Positions 49,637 through 60,218 of a stretch of DNA of 64,000 nt are shown one piece after another. This stretch comes from an uncultured Thermoplasmatales archaeon. Lineage in GTDB: Archaea > Thermoplasmatota > E2 > DHVEG-1. The notes under the pieces are model-generated. The model made no database searches and was not told where the DNA came from. It saw only the letters and a program-made list of their open reading frames with translations. A program made the position numbers and the translations under genes. Numbering within the stretch: position 1 is the first letter of the stretch; every line of letters starts with the position of its first letter. Location of the stretch: NCBI GenBank assembly GCA_964527715.1, contig CAZGOD010000005.1:22793-86792 (forward strand). Direction: 5' to 3'.

Positions 49637-49928
49637 ACTATTTATTTTTATTTAAGCATAATAAATAGTTCCCTTCGGAAAGTCTTCATTGACTTTCTTA
49701 TAACTCGGGTTATCTGTAATCTATTAAAATAATTTACGTGTATTTTATTTAATTAATTCTTTTTGTTTTGTGTGTGGGGTTTAATTATTGTTATTATTTT
49801 AAATAACAAAAAACTAGTTGGTTGCAAAAGTTTCCTTCTCCTATAAAGTTTATATACTATAAATATTATATGTTATGAGTAATACTATTAATAGCATTCG
49901 GCTAGTGAAAGCCTAAGAGGGATTAAAT

Positions 49929-52448
49929 TTGAAGAAAATTCTGGTGATAATGATTACAATAATATTTATCTGTTTAACTTTTGGTCCACTTATAGAGGCA
50001 CACTCAGTTAAAATTAGTAGGGAAAAAATAGGAGAGCTTTTTGGCATAAAAGAGAATTTTTTTCAAAAAGATGTCAATAATCTGATTTTTGAAAGTGAGT
50101 ATGAGCCTGGTGAAATCATTGTTAAATTCAAAGAAAAAGTGGATATATCTATAAAAACTGTTGGTGGTCATCATAGAGTTGGTTTAGAATCTATAGATAA
50201 GTTAAATGAGATATATCGTGTGACCTCTGTCAAAAGAATATCAAAAGAAAAATCAGATTCTATTTTCTCAAATGTTTATAAATTCAAGGTCTGTAAAGAT
50301 ATGGATCTTTCGTTGATTTTAGCAGAATATAACAGTGATCCTAATGTGGAATATGCTGAGCCGAACTACATTTATCATACATGTGTTGTTCCTAATGATT
50401 CTCTATATCCAATTCAGTGGTCTTTAGATAATGTTGGTCAGGAGTATCCAACAGATGGAAGATACTCGTATCCAGGCTTGTTTGATAGTGATATTGATGC
50501 TCCTGAAGCATGGGATATAGAAACTGGTAATAGCAGTATCGTTGTAGCAATTCTTGATACTGGTGTTGATTATGAACATCCAGACTTAGTTGATAACATT
50601 TGGATTAATGAAGGGGAAATCCCAAATAATGGTATCGATGATGATGGAAATGGTTATGTTGATGACGTGAGAGGTTGGGATTGTCCTAATAGTTCTCGTT
50701 TTGGTGATGGTAGCGATCCAATGGATGCTTTTGGTCATGGTACACATTGTGCGGGTACTGTTTCTGCAGTGACAAATAATAGTATCGGCGTTGCTGGTGT
50801 TTGTTGGAATTGTAAGATTATGGCTGTTAGAATAGGTTCATATGGAATAAGATTAGAAGATGCTGTAAATGGAACAGTTTATGCTGCTGACAATGGTGCA
50901 GATGTTATCAGCATGAGCTGGGGAGGTCTTGAGGAGTCACAACTATTAAAGGATGCTTTAGATTATGCTTATAGTAAAGATATTGTTCTTGTTGCTAGTG
51001 CTGGGAATTCAAATGTAGATTTAGCATTTATCCCTTTTTATCCAGCTGGTTATGATAATGTTATAGCTGTTGCTGCAACGGATTCGTCTGATAAAAAAGC
51101 AAGTTTTTCATGCTATGGTTCACCGGTTGATGTTGCAGCACCTGGTGTTGATATTCTCTCCCTTAGAGCAGAGGATACTGATATGTATGGTGATGGAAGT
51201 CATATTGTTGATGAGGAGTATTATGTTTCCTCTGGTACAAGTATGGCTTGTCCGCATGTCGCTGGTTTAGCAGGTTTGATTTTATCAAAAAACCCGGATC
51301 TTACTCCTTTGGAGGTAAAAACAGTTTTGCGTTCTAGCACCGATGGAGTAAATTCATCTTTATATGCGGGTGTTGGAAGAATAAATGCTTATAAAGCCTT
51401 ACAGAAAGCTTATCCGGTTATTGTAAACCTAGATTTTTCCATGGATGTTAGGGAGGCAAAGGGCTCTATAGATATAAGAGGTACAGCAGTTGGTGAAGGG
51501 TTTCAACAGTATATTGTAGAATATGGCAAGGGTGCTTATCCAGATACTTGGGTGGAGATATGTAACTCAACTGAAAGCATAGAAAATGATCTTATTACCA
51601 CATGGGATACAACTGTTTGTGAAGAGATCTTTTATACTATTAGATTAAAAGTAATATATGATAATGGAACATATGAAGACCGGGTTTCTTTTTTAGTAAA
51701 TAATTTTGTTAACACACTCTATGTAGATGATGATGGAGATGAAGATTTTAGCAGTATTCAAGCAGCGGTAGATAGTGCTGGTAATGATGATATAGTCTAT
51801 GTGTTTAATGGAACATATCATGAAGAAATTCTTGTTATCAAACCAATAAGCTTGATAGGTGAAAACAAAGAAACAACAATAATCGAGGCCTCTGTTCTTG
51901 CATTAAATATACTAGGTGATGGTTTTAAAGTAAGTGGTTTTACGTTTTTATCATGGGGGATTGCTATTATGGTTCAATCACATAATGTTACAATAACCGA
52001 CAATATTATACAATCTCCATGGCCACATTGGAGTGATGGGATATTTGTTCTTGGGCCTTCTGGTATCACAATATCATATAATACAATTAAAGAAACCCTT
52101 ACTGGAATATTATTCGTTTCGGAAGGTAACAGCATCATCCATCATAATAACTTCATAGACAACTTAGATCATATTGAGTCCTTACTTCTTGTTGTGGGGT
52201 CATTAAAGGATCTAAGGAACTCTAAAAATAAATATTACGAAAACTACTGGGATGACTGGATTGGATTGAAATATAGGATTTTTAAGAGAGCTCCGAAACG
52301 TATCGAAAAACAAGTGCTATGGTTGTGGGTTACGCAGATAGGAATTTTTTCAAAAAGAGATATAGGTTTGCCAATAGCGTTTCTCAGTGCGTATGATTTT
52401 GATTGGCATCCTACTTCAGAACCTTATGATTATGGAGGGGGAATATAA
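49929..52448 (+). CDS. Secreted subtilisin-like serine protease (S8) with a C-terminal right-handed parallel beta-helix domain.
   Basis: Signal peptide. Catalytic triad blocks VAILDTGVD (Asp), HGTHCAGTV (His), GTSMACPHVAG (Ser). C-terminal beta-helix cap YVDDDGDEDFSSIQAAVDSAGNDDIVYVFNGTY and tail NYWDDW...EPYDYGG. Confidence 0.85.
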   Translation: MKKILVIMITIIFICLTFGPLIEAHSVKISREKIGELFGIKENFFQKDVNNLIFESEYEPGEIIVKFKEKVDISIKTVGGHHRVGLESIDKLNEIYRVTSVKRISKEKSDSIFSNVYKFKVCKDMDLSLILAEYNSDPNVEYAEPNYIYHTCVVPNDSLYPIQWSLDNVGQEYPTDGRYSYPGLFDSDIDAPEAWDIETGNSSIVVAILDTGVDYEHPDLVDNIWINEGEIPNNGIDDDGNGYVDDVRGWDCPNSSRFGDGSDPMDAFGHGTHCAGTVSAVTNNSIGVAGVCWNCKIMAVRIGSYGIRLEDAVNGTVYAADNGADVISMSWGGLEESQLLKDALDYAYSKDIVLVASAGNSNVDLAFIPFYPAGYDNVIAVAATDSSDKKASFSCYGSPVDVAAPGVDILSLRAEDTDMYGDGSHIVDEEYYVSSGTSMACPHVAGLAGLILSKNPDLTPLEVKTVLRSSTDGVNSSLYAGVGRINAYKALQKAYPVIVNLDFSMDVREAKGSIDIRGTAVGEGFQQYIVEYGKGAYPDTWVEICNSTESIENDLITTWDTTVCEEIFYTIRLKVIYDNGTYEDRVSFLVNNFVNTLYVDDDGDEDFSSIQAAVDSAGNDDIVYVFNGTYHEEILVIKPISLIGENKETTIIEASVLALNILGDGFKVSGFTFLSWGIAIMVQSHNVTITDNIIQSPWPHWSDGIFVLGPSGITISYNTIKETLTGILFVSEGNSIIHHNNFIDNLDHIESLLLVVGSLKDLRNSKNKYYENYWDDWIGLKYRIFKRAPKRIEKQVLWLWVTQIGIFSKRDIGLPIAFLSAYDFDWHPTSEPYDYGGGI

Positions 52449-52451
52449 AAT

Positions 52452-53747
52452 ATGGATTCTAATTGGAATTTATTAAAAAAATGTACAGCGTTATTGGTAA
52501 TGTCAGCGTTATTAATACCAAATGTTGTATCTATTGTTGAAGGTGATTTGTTAAAGATAAATGGTAACGAGACTATTGTAACTAATTTTGGTGATATTAT
52601 TACAGTCGATGATGACGGTGACGAGAATTATACAAAGATACAGGATGCCATTAATGCATCAAATCCTGGGGATACTATACTGGTATTTAGCGGTGTTTAT
52701 AGAGAAAACATAGTTATCAATAAACAACTAAGATTAATCGGTGTAGAAGAAAATGATGAAGGAATCCCAGTTATAGATTCAAATGGAACTGGGTCTACAG
52801 TAGTGATTAAAGTGGATAATTGTTTATTTGAAGGCTTTAAAGTGATAAACAGTAGCACCACGAGTTTACCCCAGGGTGCTGGTATAAAAATATTATCAAA
52901 TAATAACACGCTTAATAATAATACAATTTTAGATCATGTATATGGAGTTTTCTTAGAGGAAGCAGGTAAAAATAGAATAAATAATAATACTATATCATTT
53001 TCTTATAATGGAATTTTCCTTCTAGATAACTGCCATGAAAATCGTATTGACAGCAATATTTTTTATAACTGTAGTAATGGTGTTAGGGTATGGTATCATT
53101 GTAACAAAAATACAATAGCCAGTAACACCTATGTAAATAATAGTGTAGGAGTTTTTTTCTCAGAATCCTCAAATAATGTTATTATAGATAATGTTTTTCT
53201 TGAATCAGATTATAGTGCTATACGGTTATACTGGTCTAGTAATAATGTAATCTCTGAAAACTATATCTCAGAAGAAAATTATGATTACTCTAAAGGTTAT
53301 TACAGCTCTACAAAGGCTATTTTTCTTAATGAGGATTGTAATAATAACTGCATTACAAAAAACACCATATTTTTAATTGGTGGCTGGGGAATTGAAGTAA
53401 TATTGTCAAAAAATAATGTAATTTCTAGTAACAATATCTCAAAAATTGAGAATTCAAATTTTAGTTGGTGTGGAATTCGATTGGCATTGTCTAATAAAAA
53501 TGTTATCAAATACAATAATTTCCAGTGTGTCGATAACAGTGAAGGGAAATTTGGGGAAGAGAATGTTAGAGCTGATTTTCTGCATTCCCTCTTTAACACT
53601 TGGTTTAGAAACTACTGGGATGACTGGAATAAGTTAAGGGCACGACCAATTAAAGGTGAGATTAGATTAAGAAAATATGGCACTATGCTAGCGATTCCTT
53701 GGCGTAATTATGATCGCCTACCATCAAGACAACCTTATGATATCTAA
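52452..53747 (+). CDS. Secreted right-handed parallel beta-helix (NosD/pectate-lyase-fold) repeat protein.
   Basis: Signal peptide. Cap motif TVDDDGDENYTKIQDAINASNPGDTILVFSGVY. Repeated N-rich beta-helix rungs. The C-terminal NYWDDWNKL...QPYDI tail is homologous to the subtilase C-terminus. Confidence 0.75.
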   Translation: MDSNWNLLKKCTALLVMSALLIPNVVSIVEGDLLKINGNETIVTNFGDIITVDDDGDENYTKIQDAINASNPGDTILVFSGVYRENIVINKQLRLIGVEENDEGIPVIDSNGTGSTVVIKVDNCLFEGFKVINSSTTSLPQGAGIKILSNNNTLNNNTILDHVYGVFLEEAGKNRINNNTISFSYNGIFLLDNCHENRIDSNIFYNCSNGVRVWYHCNKNTIASNTYVNNSVGVFFSESSNNVIIDNVFLESDYSAIRLYWSSNNVISENYISEENYDYSKGYYSSTKAIFLNEDCNNNCITKNTIFLIGGWGIEVILSKNNVISSNNISKIENSNFSWCGIRLALSNKNVIKYNNFQCVDNSEGKFGEENVRADFLHSLFNTWFRNYWDDWNKLRARPIKGEIRLRKYGTMLAIPWRNYDRLPSRQPYDI

Positions 53748-53868
53748 ATCCCTATAACCTTCTTTCTTTTTGTTTGTGATATTGTTTATTAGTTTTTATA
53801 TAACAAAAAGGTATATAGCCGTATCACAATACTTATATATATTGTATATAATAAATAGACTGGTTTTT

Positions 53869-55131
53869 ATGAGAACAAAGAAAATAGTAACGATATCCCT
53901 CTTATTGTTATTCATTGGAGCAACTATTACTCCTAATTCATTAGGTCTTTTTATTGAAAATAGAACGATTCATCTAAACACAGAAGATCAAACAACTAGT
54001 GATACTCTTTTTGATCTACGTATCAATCTATTAATGAAACTCGGCCATTGGCCTTCACTTTCAGCATGTATTATTAAAAATGATAGTGTTGTATGGACAA
54101 AAGGCTATGGAGAATACGATATTGGGAGTATTAGAAAAGCATCTAATGATACGATTTACTTGATTGGATCTTGTACAAAAACATTCATAGCAACAGCGGT
54201 TTTACAACTCTATGAACAAGGAATTATTGATTTAGATGATAACGTTAGTGAGTGGTTGCCTTTTGACCTTAAAAACCCTAACTATCCTGAGATTAATATT
54301 ACTTTTAGAATGCTATTAGCACATCAATCAAGTAGGTTTTGTACGTACAATGGTCCAGCTGATATGAACCTCAACATAATTAAAGCAGCAATTTTAATAA
54401 AGAACGCACTTACATATTGTTTAAATCCTCCAATGGACATTCATGAATGGTTGATGGATTATATTGCTCCAGATGGGGATAAATATGACCCTGCTCTTTG
54501 GGGGAATTATACACCTGGAAAATACTATAATTACTCAAATGATGGATTTATAATTCTTGGATACCTTATAGAATCTATAACTGGTCAACCATTTGATGAA
54601 TACTGTGAGCAACATATTTTTACTCCTCTAGATATGAACAACACTAATTTCCACCCTGCTGATTTAGATGACGATAGATTGGCAGCACCATACTTATGGT
54701 ATGGAACATATGTACAATTACCTCACTATGATATGGGAGCTTTAAATCCTGCTGGTGGTATAAGATCTACAATTGATGATTTATCAAAATATCTTATTGC
54801 TCATATGAATAATGGTACATACAAAAACATACGTATTTTACAAAATGAAACAATTAATTTAATGCATAGTGTCCAATATCCCAACTCTAATTATGGTTTA
54901 GGTTGGATTATATCTAATACTACCTCAGGTGATGTATTTGAAGGGCATAGCGGTGGTAATTTTGGTTCAATAACTCAAATGTTTGCTTTGAGAAATAGTA
55001 GTATCGGCGCGATCGTATTTTATAATCAGAATACTCCTAGAGCTTTATTTAAAGCTAGTATGGGTCCATTTGAAGCATTAGCGCTTGGGGCTCTGCAAAA
55101 TATGTTATTTAATAAGGGAATGAGCCTTTAA
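53869..55131 (+). CDS. Secreted serine hydrolase of the beta-lactamase/PBP family (class C-like). The start is reassigned to MRTKKIV at 53869.
   Basis: Ser-x-x-Lys active-site motif SCTK. Signal peptide after the Met at 53869. A TATA-like box 25-30 nt upstream suggests a leaderless start. Confidence 0.75.
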   Translation: MRTKKIVTISLLLLFIGATITPNSLGLFIENRTIHLNTEDQTTSDTLFDLRINLLMKLGHWPSLSACIIKNDSVVWTKGYGEYDIGSIRKASNDTIYLIGSCTKTFIATAVLQLYEQGIIDLDDNVSEWLPFDLKNPNYPEINITFRMLLAHQSSRFCTYNGPADMNLNIIKAAILIKNALTYCLNPPMDIHEWLMDYIAPDGDKYDPALWGNYTPGKYYNYSNDGFIILGYLIESITGQPFDEYCEQHIFTPLDMNNTNFHPADLDDDRLAAPYLWYGTYVQLPHYDMGALNPAGGIRSTIDDLSKYLIAHMNNGTYKNIRILQNETINLMHSVQYPNSNYGLGWIISNTTSGDVFEGHSGGNFGSITQMFALRNSSIGAIVFYNQNTPRALFKASMGPFEALALGALQNMLFNKGMSL

Positions 55132-55355
55132 ATAATCCTTTTTTCTTTAACATTTGATACTTGATCTATAAAGCTTAAATACTTTGCTGGATAATTTGTT
55201 TTTAGGCGATATAAATGAGTATGAAAACTGTTTGCCCCTGGGCCATCGGCCTTGTGGTAGACTTGGCTAATAAAAAGAAAAAGAAATAAAGAATAGATAA
55301 TACCAGAATCAAAACACTATGAGTGATCTCTAACCCTTTCTCCTTTTTTTTGTTT

Positions 55356-55393
55356 GTGTGGGGTTTTATAAAAACAAAAAAACAAACTATTTA
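55356..55393. repeat. Second full-length copy of the GTGTGGGGTTTTATAAAAACAAAAAAACAAACTATTT intergenic element, between the convergent serine-hydrolase and infB genes.
   Basis: Direct comparison with 5411..5454. Confidence 0.5.
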
Positions 55394-55413
55394 TTAGGGT
55401 TTTCATGAAGAAA

Positions 55414-57177
55414 CTACATCCCCCAAAACTTGTCAGTTTTTCTTTTAATATCAAAGATTTTATTCAAAACATCTTTTTCATCAGCGTTTAAAACATCCAT
55501 TTCCCTTAGTTTCTTTGCATCACTAGCAGGTATATCAGTATATAGTATGTCCTCTCCTTTAATCTGTCTTCCAACTGTAACACCTTCTATAGATATTGCT
55601 ACTTCTTGTCCCTGCATAGCCTCTTCAACTGGTTTATTCTCAGATTGTATACCTTTTATAGACCCGATAGCTTTACCATCTTCTTTCATCAACCGCATAC
55701 CACTTTTTATACGACCACCAAGTATTCTCACACCAATAACTGCTGGATGGCTCGCTCTGAAAACATATTCTGGTAAAAACTTGATCATTCCAGGGTGAAT
55801 ATAATCTCCCCTTCTCTTACGTTCAAGTTCTGCTTTTTTCCTTTCCAACCATTCATCATACTTTTCTATTATTGTATAGATCACATCTTCATTGAAAATC
55901 GTAATATCCGCAGTAGAAAGCTCTTCTTTTGCCTCAGGTAGTATTTTCACATTGAAAGCAAAAATTAGTTTGTTAAGCGGTTCAAGGGTAGCATTTGTTT
56001 CTGTTATATCTCTTTTTGCGACGTTACCTATCTCTGCTTTCCTAATTTTTATTCCTTTTTCCCTTGATTCCTTGATTAGGGCTTCTAATGATCCTATTGT
56101 ATCAGCTTTTATTATTATCCCTTGTTCATCTAGTTCAAAATCTATCTTAGTTTGACTTTTAATCTCATTAATCACATCTTCAAGATTATCTTTGACTACT
56201 CTTATCGGGGCACCGGGTATTACATCCTCAAGATCTGGAGATGCGATTTTGATACCGCATGCCGCATGCACTTCATCAACGCTATCAAAACGTTCACGTG
56301 GATCACGTATTTCATCAAGAGGTTTAGGTTTCAACAGCGCTCTTATCTTAGTTACAACTGGTTCATCTTTTGTTCCAATGACTATTTTATCTTCGCTTTT
56401 TATGGCACCGTTATAAATAATAGCATCAATAGTTGTACCAAGGCCAACTTCTTCTTTGACCTCTAGGACACTTCCTTTCCCAGGTCCCGTTTCTATGTGT
56501 AGTTTATCTTCGAGAAAACGCTGAGCAAGTCCTACAAGGATCATAAGTAGCTCAGGTATGCCTTCTCCTTTTTTTGCTGAAATTGGTATTATACCAACAG
56601 TTTTCCTGAAATCCTTTACGTTATAATAGAGATCAGAGTTTAAATTATTCTCAGATATCACTCCTATCATTTCGTAGAGTCTTTCCTCAAAAACGTTTTT
56701 CACATGTACACGTTGTTCTGCTATACGTTTTTTAGCAACATTTTTACTTGTTTGCCACCCGGAAATTGCATCTATCTTATTCGCAGCAACTATGAATGGT
56801 GTTTTATATTGTTTTAAAATCTTAAGAGACTCATAGGTCTGCGGTTTAAACCCTTCATTAATATCTACAATTAATATAGCAAGATCAGCAAGTGATCCAC
56901 CACGAGCTCGTAAAGTTGTAAAAGCATGATGACCGGGTGTATCAATAAATAAGAGACCAGGTAGTGAAAATTTTTTTCCTTTTAGCAGTTCCCCGCAGAG
57001 ACTGTATACTACCTCAATGGGCACTTCAGTTGCACCAATATGCTGTGTTATAGCACCTGATTCCCGTGATGCCACTGTGCTACCTCTAATGTAATCTAAT
57101 AGTGTTGTTTTCCCATGGTCTACATGACCTAGTACACTGACGATGGGTTGTCTAACGTATTTTATTTTGTTAGTCAT
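55414..57177 (-). CDS. infB: Translation initiation factor aIF5B (IF2 homolog).
   Basis: G1 VLGHVDHGKTTLLD, G3 DTPGH, G4 NKID. 587 aa, no intein. Confidence 0.9.
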   Translation of the reverse strand: MTNKIKYVRQPIVSVLGHVDHGKTTLLDYIRGSTVASRESGAITQHIGATEVPIEVVYSLCGELLKGKKFSLPGLLFIDTPGHHAFTTLRARGGSLADLAILIVDINEGFKPQTYESLKILKQYKTPFIVAANKIDAISGWQTSKNVAKKRIAEQRVHVKNVFEERLYEMIGVISENNLNSDLYYNVKDFRKTVGIIPISAKKGEGIPELLMILVGLAQRFLEDKLHIETGPGKGSVLEVKEEVGLGTTIDAIIYNGAIKSEDKIVIGTKDEPVVTKIRALLKPKPLDEIRDPRERFDSVDEVHAACGIKIASPDLEDVIPGAPIRVVKDNLEDVINEIKSQTKIDFELDEQGIIIKADTIGSLEALIKESREKGIKIRKAEIGNVAKRDITETNATLEPLNKLIFAFNVKILPEAKEELSTADITIFNEDVIYTIIEKYDEWLERKKAELERKRRGDYIHPGMIKFLPEYVFRASHPAVIGVRILGGRIKSGMRLMKEDGKAIGSIKGIQSENKPVEEAMQGQEVAISIEGVTVGRQIKGEDILYTDIPASDAKKLREMDVLNADEKDVLNKIFDIKRKTDKFWGM

Positions 57178-57241
57178 AGTTATCGCCTTGGCGTTGCTAA
57201 ATTAGAGTATCCTTTTTAACTTTTGTTGAGTTTAGGATTAT

Positions 57242-57673
57242 GTGAATAATCCAATAATAAAGAAAGTAGAAAACAAAGATGAACTAAAAAAAGTTATTGA
57301 GATACGTAAACGTGTTTTTATACAGGGTCAGAATGTACCTGTTGATATTGAACTGGATGGATTAGATTCTGAGGCTACACATTTTATCATGTATCTAAAT
57401 GATAAGCCGATAGGTTGCGCGAGAATTCGTAAAAATAAATATGTGAAGCTAGAACGAATAGCAATTATCGAGGAGTATCAGGGTAAAGGATTTGGTGAAA
57501 AACTTACAGAATTTTTGATAAATTACTGTAAAAACATGGGTTTTGATGAGATAATTTTACATTCTCAGACTTACGCAACTGGTTTCTACAAGAAACTTGG
57601 TTTTAAAAGCCGAGGTGAACCATTTTATGAGGCAAATATTGAGCATGTAGAAATGTATCTAGATATTAGTTGA
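57242..57673 (+). CDS. GNAT family N-acetyltransferase.
   Basis: Acetyl-CoA-binding motif A RIAIIEEYQGKGFGEKL. Confidence 0.8.
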   Translation: MNNPIIKKVENKDELKKVIEIRKRVFIQGQNVPVDIELDGLDSEATHFIMYLNDKPIGCARIRKNKYVKLERIAIIEEYQGKGFGEKLTEFLINYCKNMGFDEIILHSQTYATGFYKKLGFKSRGEPFYEANIEHVEMYLDIS

Positions 57674-59125
57674 TTCTCTGATTTTGTTTTTAGTGTATAA
57701 TCCTTTTATGTATATTTTACCCCATGCAAAAGATACCAAAGATCCAGTGATATTTGCTATTACAAGAGCCCACCATATTCCTACAAGTCCAAGGTTGAAT
57801 AGACAGCATAACGCTATTGCAAATATAGGTGTTAATGTAATTGTCCTTAGTAATGTGGCTATTAAAGAGTAAATACCTTTCCCCGTTCCTTGGAACATAG
57901 CCGATGATGCAATTCCTATAGCAGCACCAGGGTAAAACAAGCAAGAAATTTTTATAAACGTCTCTATGTCTGGACGTAACTCAGGTAATCCCTGTCCAGT
58001 TGTGAAAAGAAGTGTTATCAACGGTGCAACAATAAAAATCGCAGTAGCAACTATAATTTCAACTATTAATCCAACTTTTACAGAAAACAAAAAAGCAGTA
58101 TTGAGTTTGTCATAATTTTTTGCACCATATGCCGCACCTGTAACAGTGATAACTGCAGTTGCAAGGCCTAGTAGCGGTAAAATTGCAGTCATAACAACTC
58201 TCCAGCCTATGGTATAAATTGTAATTCCTGCATCGCCAGCTAGAACAATTTTTAGGATAATAATATTGATTATCAGCATTGTAAAAGACATTGAAAGTTG
58301 TTGTATTGATGCTGGAAAACCAACTTTAAAAATATCAAATATTATATCTTTTTTAAATTTGAAATGTCTAAGTTTAAAATCAACATATGTATCTTTTTTG
58401 GAAAATAACCAGTAAATAATTATCAAGGTAGTAATCGTCATCGAGAGAATTGTTGCATAAGCTGCACCAGCTACACCTAGTTTTAAAGTGTATATAAACA
58501 ATGGATCCAGTATAATGTTAAGTAATGTACCAAGAACTATAGCATACATAGCTCTTTTAGCATCACCTTCACCTCTTAAAATCGCTGTTCCAACATTTAT
58601 AAAAAATATTACTATACTACCCGCAAAAATAATTTTACCATAGGTCACAGCATATGAGAGAGATTTACCAGCACCAATAATATTTAGTAAAGGTTCAGAT
58701 AAAAAGAACAAGAGTATACTAAAAATTATTGCAATGATTATGGTTGTTATAATAGAATGTTCAGCAACGTTATCCGCGCCCTTCTTATCATCAGCACCTA
58801 TCCTCCTAGAAATTGCTGAAGAAGCTCCAACACCGATACCAGTGGATAGTGCTATCGCCATCATAAAAAAAGGAAATATCAGACCAATTGCAGCAACACC
58901 AAGATCACCAATTCCAGGCACGGTTGAATCTGTAAAAAATTCTTTGCCAATTCCAGATACAAATAATGTGTCAACAAAATTATAAATTGTTTGAACTGAC
59001 ATTGCAATTATCATTGGTATTGCTAGTTTGATAACTGCTTTTTTAGGGTCACCTAATAATGTTTCTACTCCTTTAGTATGATTTGATTTATTAGAAGAAG
59101 ATGCGTTTTTCACAAAGCGGGACAA
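57659..59125 (-). CDS. MATE family efflux transporter.
   Basis: 12 TM helices and the two-fold repeat organisation typical of MatE. 488 aa. Confidence 0.75.
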   Translation of the reverse strand: MSRFVKNASSSNKSNHTKGVETLLGDPKKAVIKLAIPMIIAMSVQTIYNFVDTLFVSGIGKEFFTDSTVPGIGDLGVAAIGLIFPFFMMAIALSTGIGVGASSAISRRIGADDKKGADNVAEHSIITTIIIAIIFSILLFFLSEPLLNIIGAGKSLSYAVTYGKIIFAGSIVIFFINVGTAILRGEGDAKRAMYAIVLGTLLNIILDPLFIYTLKLGVAGAAYATILSMTITTLIIIYWLFSKKDTYVDFKLRHFKFKKDIIFDIFKVGFPASIQQLSMSFTMLIINIIILKIVLAGDAGITIYTIGWRVVMTAILPLLGLATAVITVTGAAYGAKNYDKLNTAFLFSVKVGLIVEIIVATAIFIVAPLITLLFTTGQGLPELRPDIETFIKISCLFYPGAAIGIASSAMFQGTGKGIYSLIATLLRTITLTPIFAIALCCLFNLGLVGIWWALVIANITGSLVSFAWGKIYIKGLYTKNKIRESTNI

Positions 59126-59344
59126 CCTTAAAACTTATTTCAACTTTTCGATTAATATTGTTATATCTTACATTTGCAGCCTTTGTCTCTTAAATTTTTA
59201 ATTTGTTCTTCAATGGAATTAACAAATTCTTTTTGTTTATTAAAATTGACCATAATGCATGTAGCTCTCTATGTTCACCTAATAAATGATTATGGCATAA
59301 TTTATTGGTAGGAATATCCCATATTCTCATACTCTGCTACCTGT

Positions 59345-60106
59345 TCATGTAGGTCTTAGTGTTCCTGCAAAGACTTGCCATGCAAGTGCTGATTTAGCTA
59401 CCAGACTGAGTATAATATACACCCTCTCTCCATACAAGTAGTCTCTCCATTTACCGATTTTCTTGTACTGTAAAACCATGTTAACTGCGAATAAATTGAA
59501 GAAAATCGCTATTGAAACAAAAATACCTATTACAAAAGTAGGGATAACATCTATAGCTGCTATAAGTGGTATAAATATAACTAACCAAGGAACAAAACCT
59601 GCAATACATCCAATAGTGTATGACGTCCAATTTGTTTCTTTTGTTGTTTGATTATGTATCTCCATCATAAGTCCCATAAGATTCATAACTGCGGTAAGTG
59701 TAAACAAAGCAAGTAATGTTCCAAAATCATAAATTGCTGTTAACATCGCAATTATTACAATCATTAATGATGCGCTAAAAGAATATTCATACCATCTAGC
59801 AGGGTTTATATGTTTTTTAAGTTTTTCAACATACCATTCATATAAAACCGTTGATAATAGGAAATGTGCTGTTGCAGATATAAATAAAAATATTGCTACT
59901 AAGGGCCCGATTCTAACATCAAAAAAAGCTATAGCCTCTGAGCCTATCCCACTACCAGGTATATAAATTGGCTTATTGTAAGTCACAGTAACAAAACTAT
60001 CATTACTTAAAACAACCATTAAAATACCTTGGATAAGATGAATAAAACCCATCGCTCCATTAAATTGTCTCAAACCTCTAAAAACAATCTTTTTATCTTT
60101 TTTCAT
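59345..60106 (-). CDS. Heliorhodopsin, a 7-TM microbial rhodopsin with inverted topology.
   Basis: 253 aa with 7 predicted TM helices. N-terminal L(R/Q)QFN...G..HL(I/L)Q. TM3 RW.EYS.S(A/S)S.MIV.IA with the counter-ion Glu. GCIAG.VPW. Last helix ILSLVAKSALAWQ.F.GTL with the Schiff-base Lys. All are hallmarks of characterised heliorhodopsins (48C12, TaHeR). Confidence 0.75.
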   Translation of the reverse strand: MKKDKKIVFRGLRQFNGAMGFIHLIQGILMVVLSNDSFVTVTYNKPIYIPGSGIGSEAIAFFDVRIGPLVAIFLFISATAHFLLSTVLYEWYVEKLKKHINPARWYEYSFSASLMIVIIAMLTAIYDFGTLLALFTLTAVMNLMGLMMEIHNQTTKETNWTSYTIGCIAGFVPWLVIFIPLIAAIDVIPTFVIGIFVSIAIFFNLFAVNMVLQYKKIGKWRDYLYGERVYIILSLVAKSALAWQVFAGTLRPT

Positions 60107-60218
60107 TTTCTATAAAACTCCAAACTCATTAATCAATTACTGTAATATTGTTTTTCTAGATAACTTTTCCCTTATACAACATATTGTTTAAATATAACTT
60201 CCCTATTCCGAGATTAAT

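Noticed and set aside
55215-55289. 24-codon ORF (MSMKTVCPWAIGLVVDLANKKKKK) containing a GC-rich palindrome GGCCATCGGCC, in the blaC/infB intergenic region.
   Set aside because: Weak or absent RBS and no supporting context. The GC-rich hairpin may simply be part of the convergent terminator region next to the repeat element.
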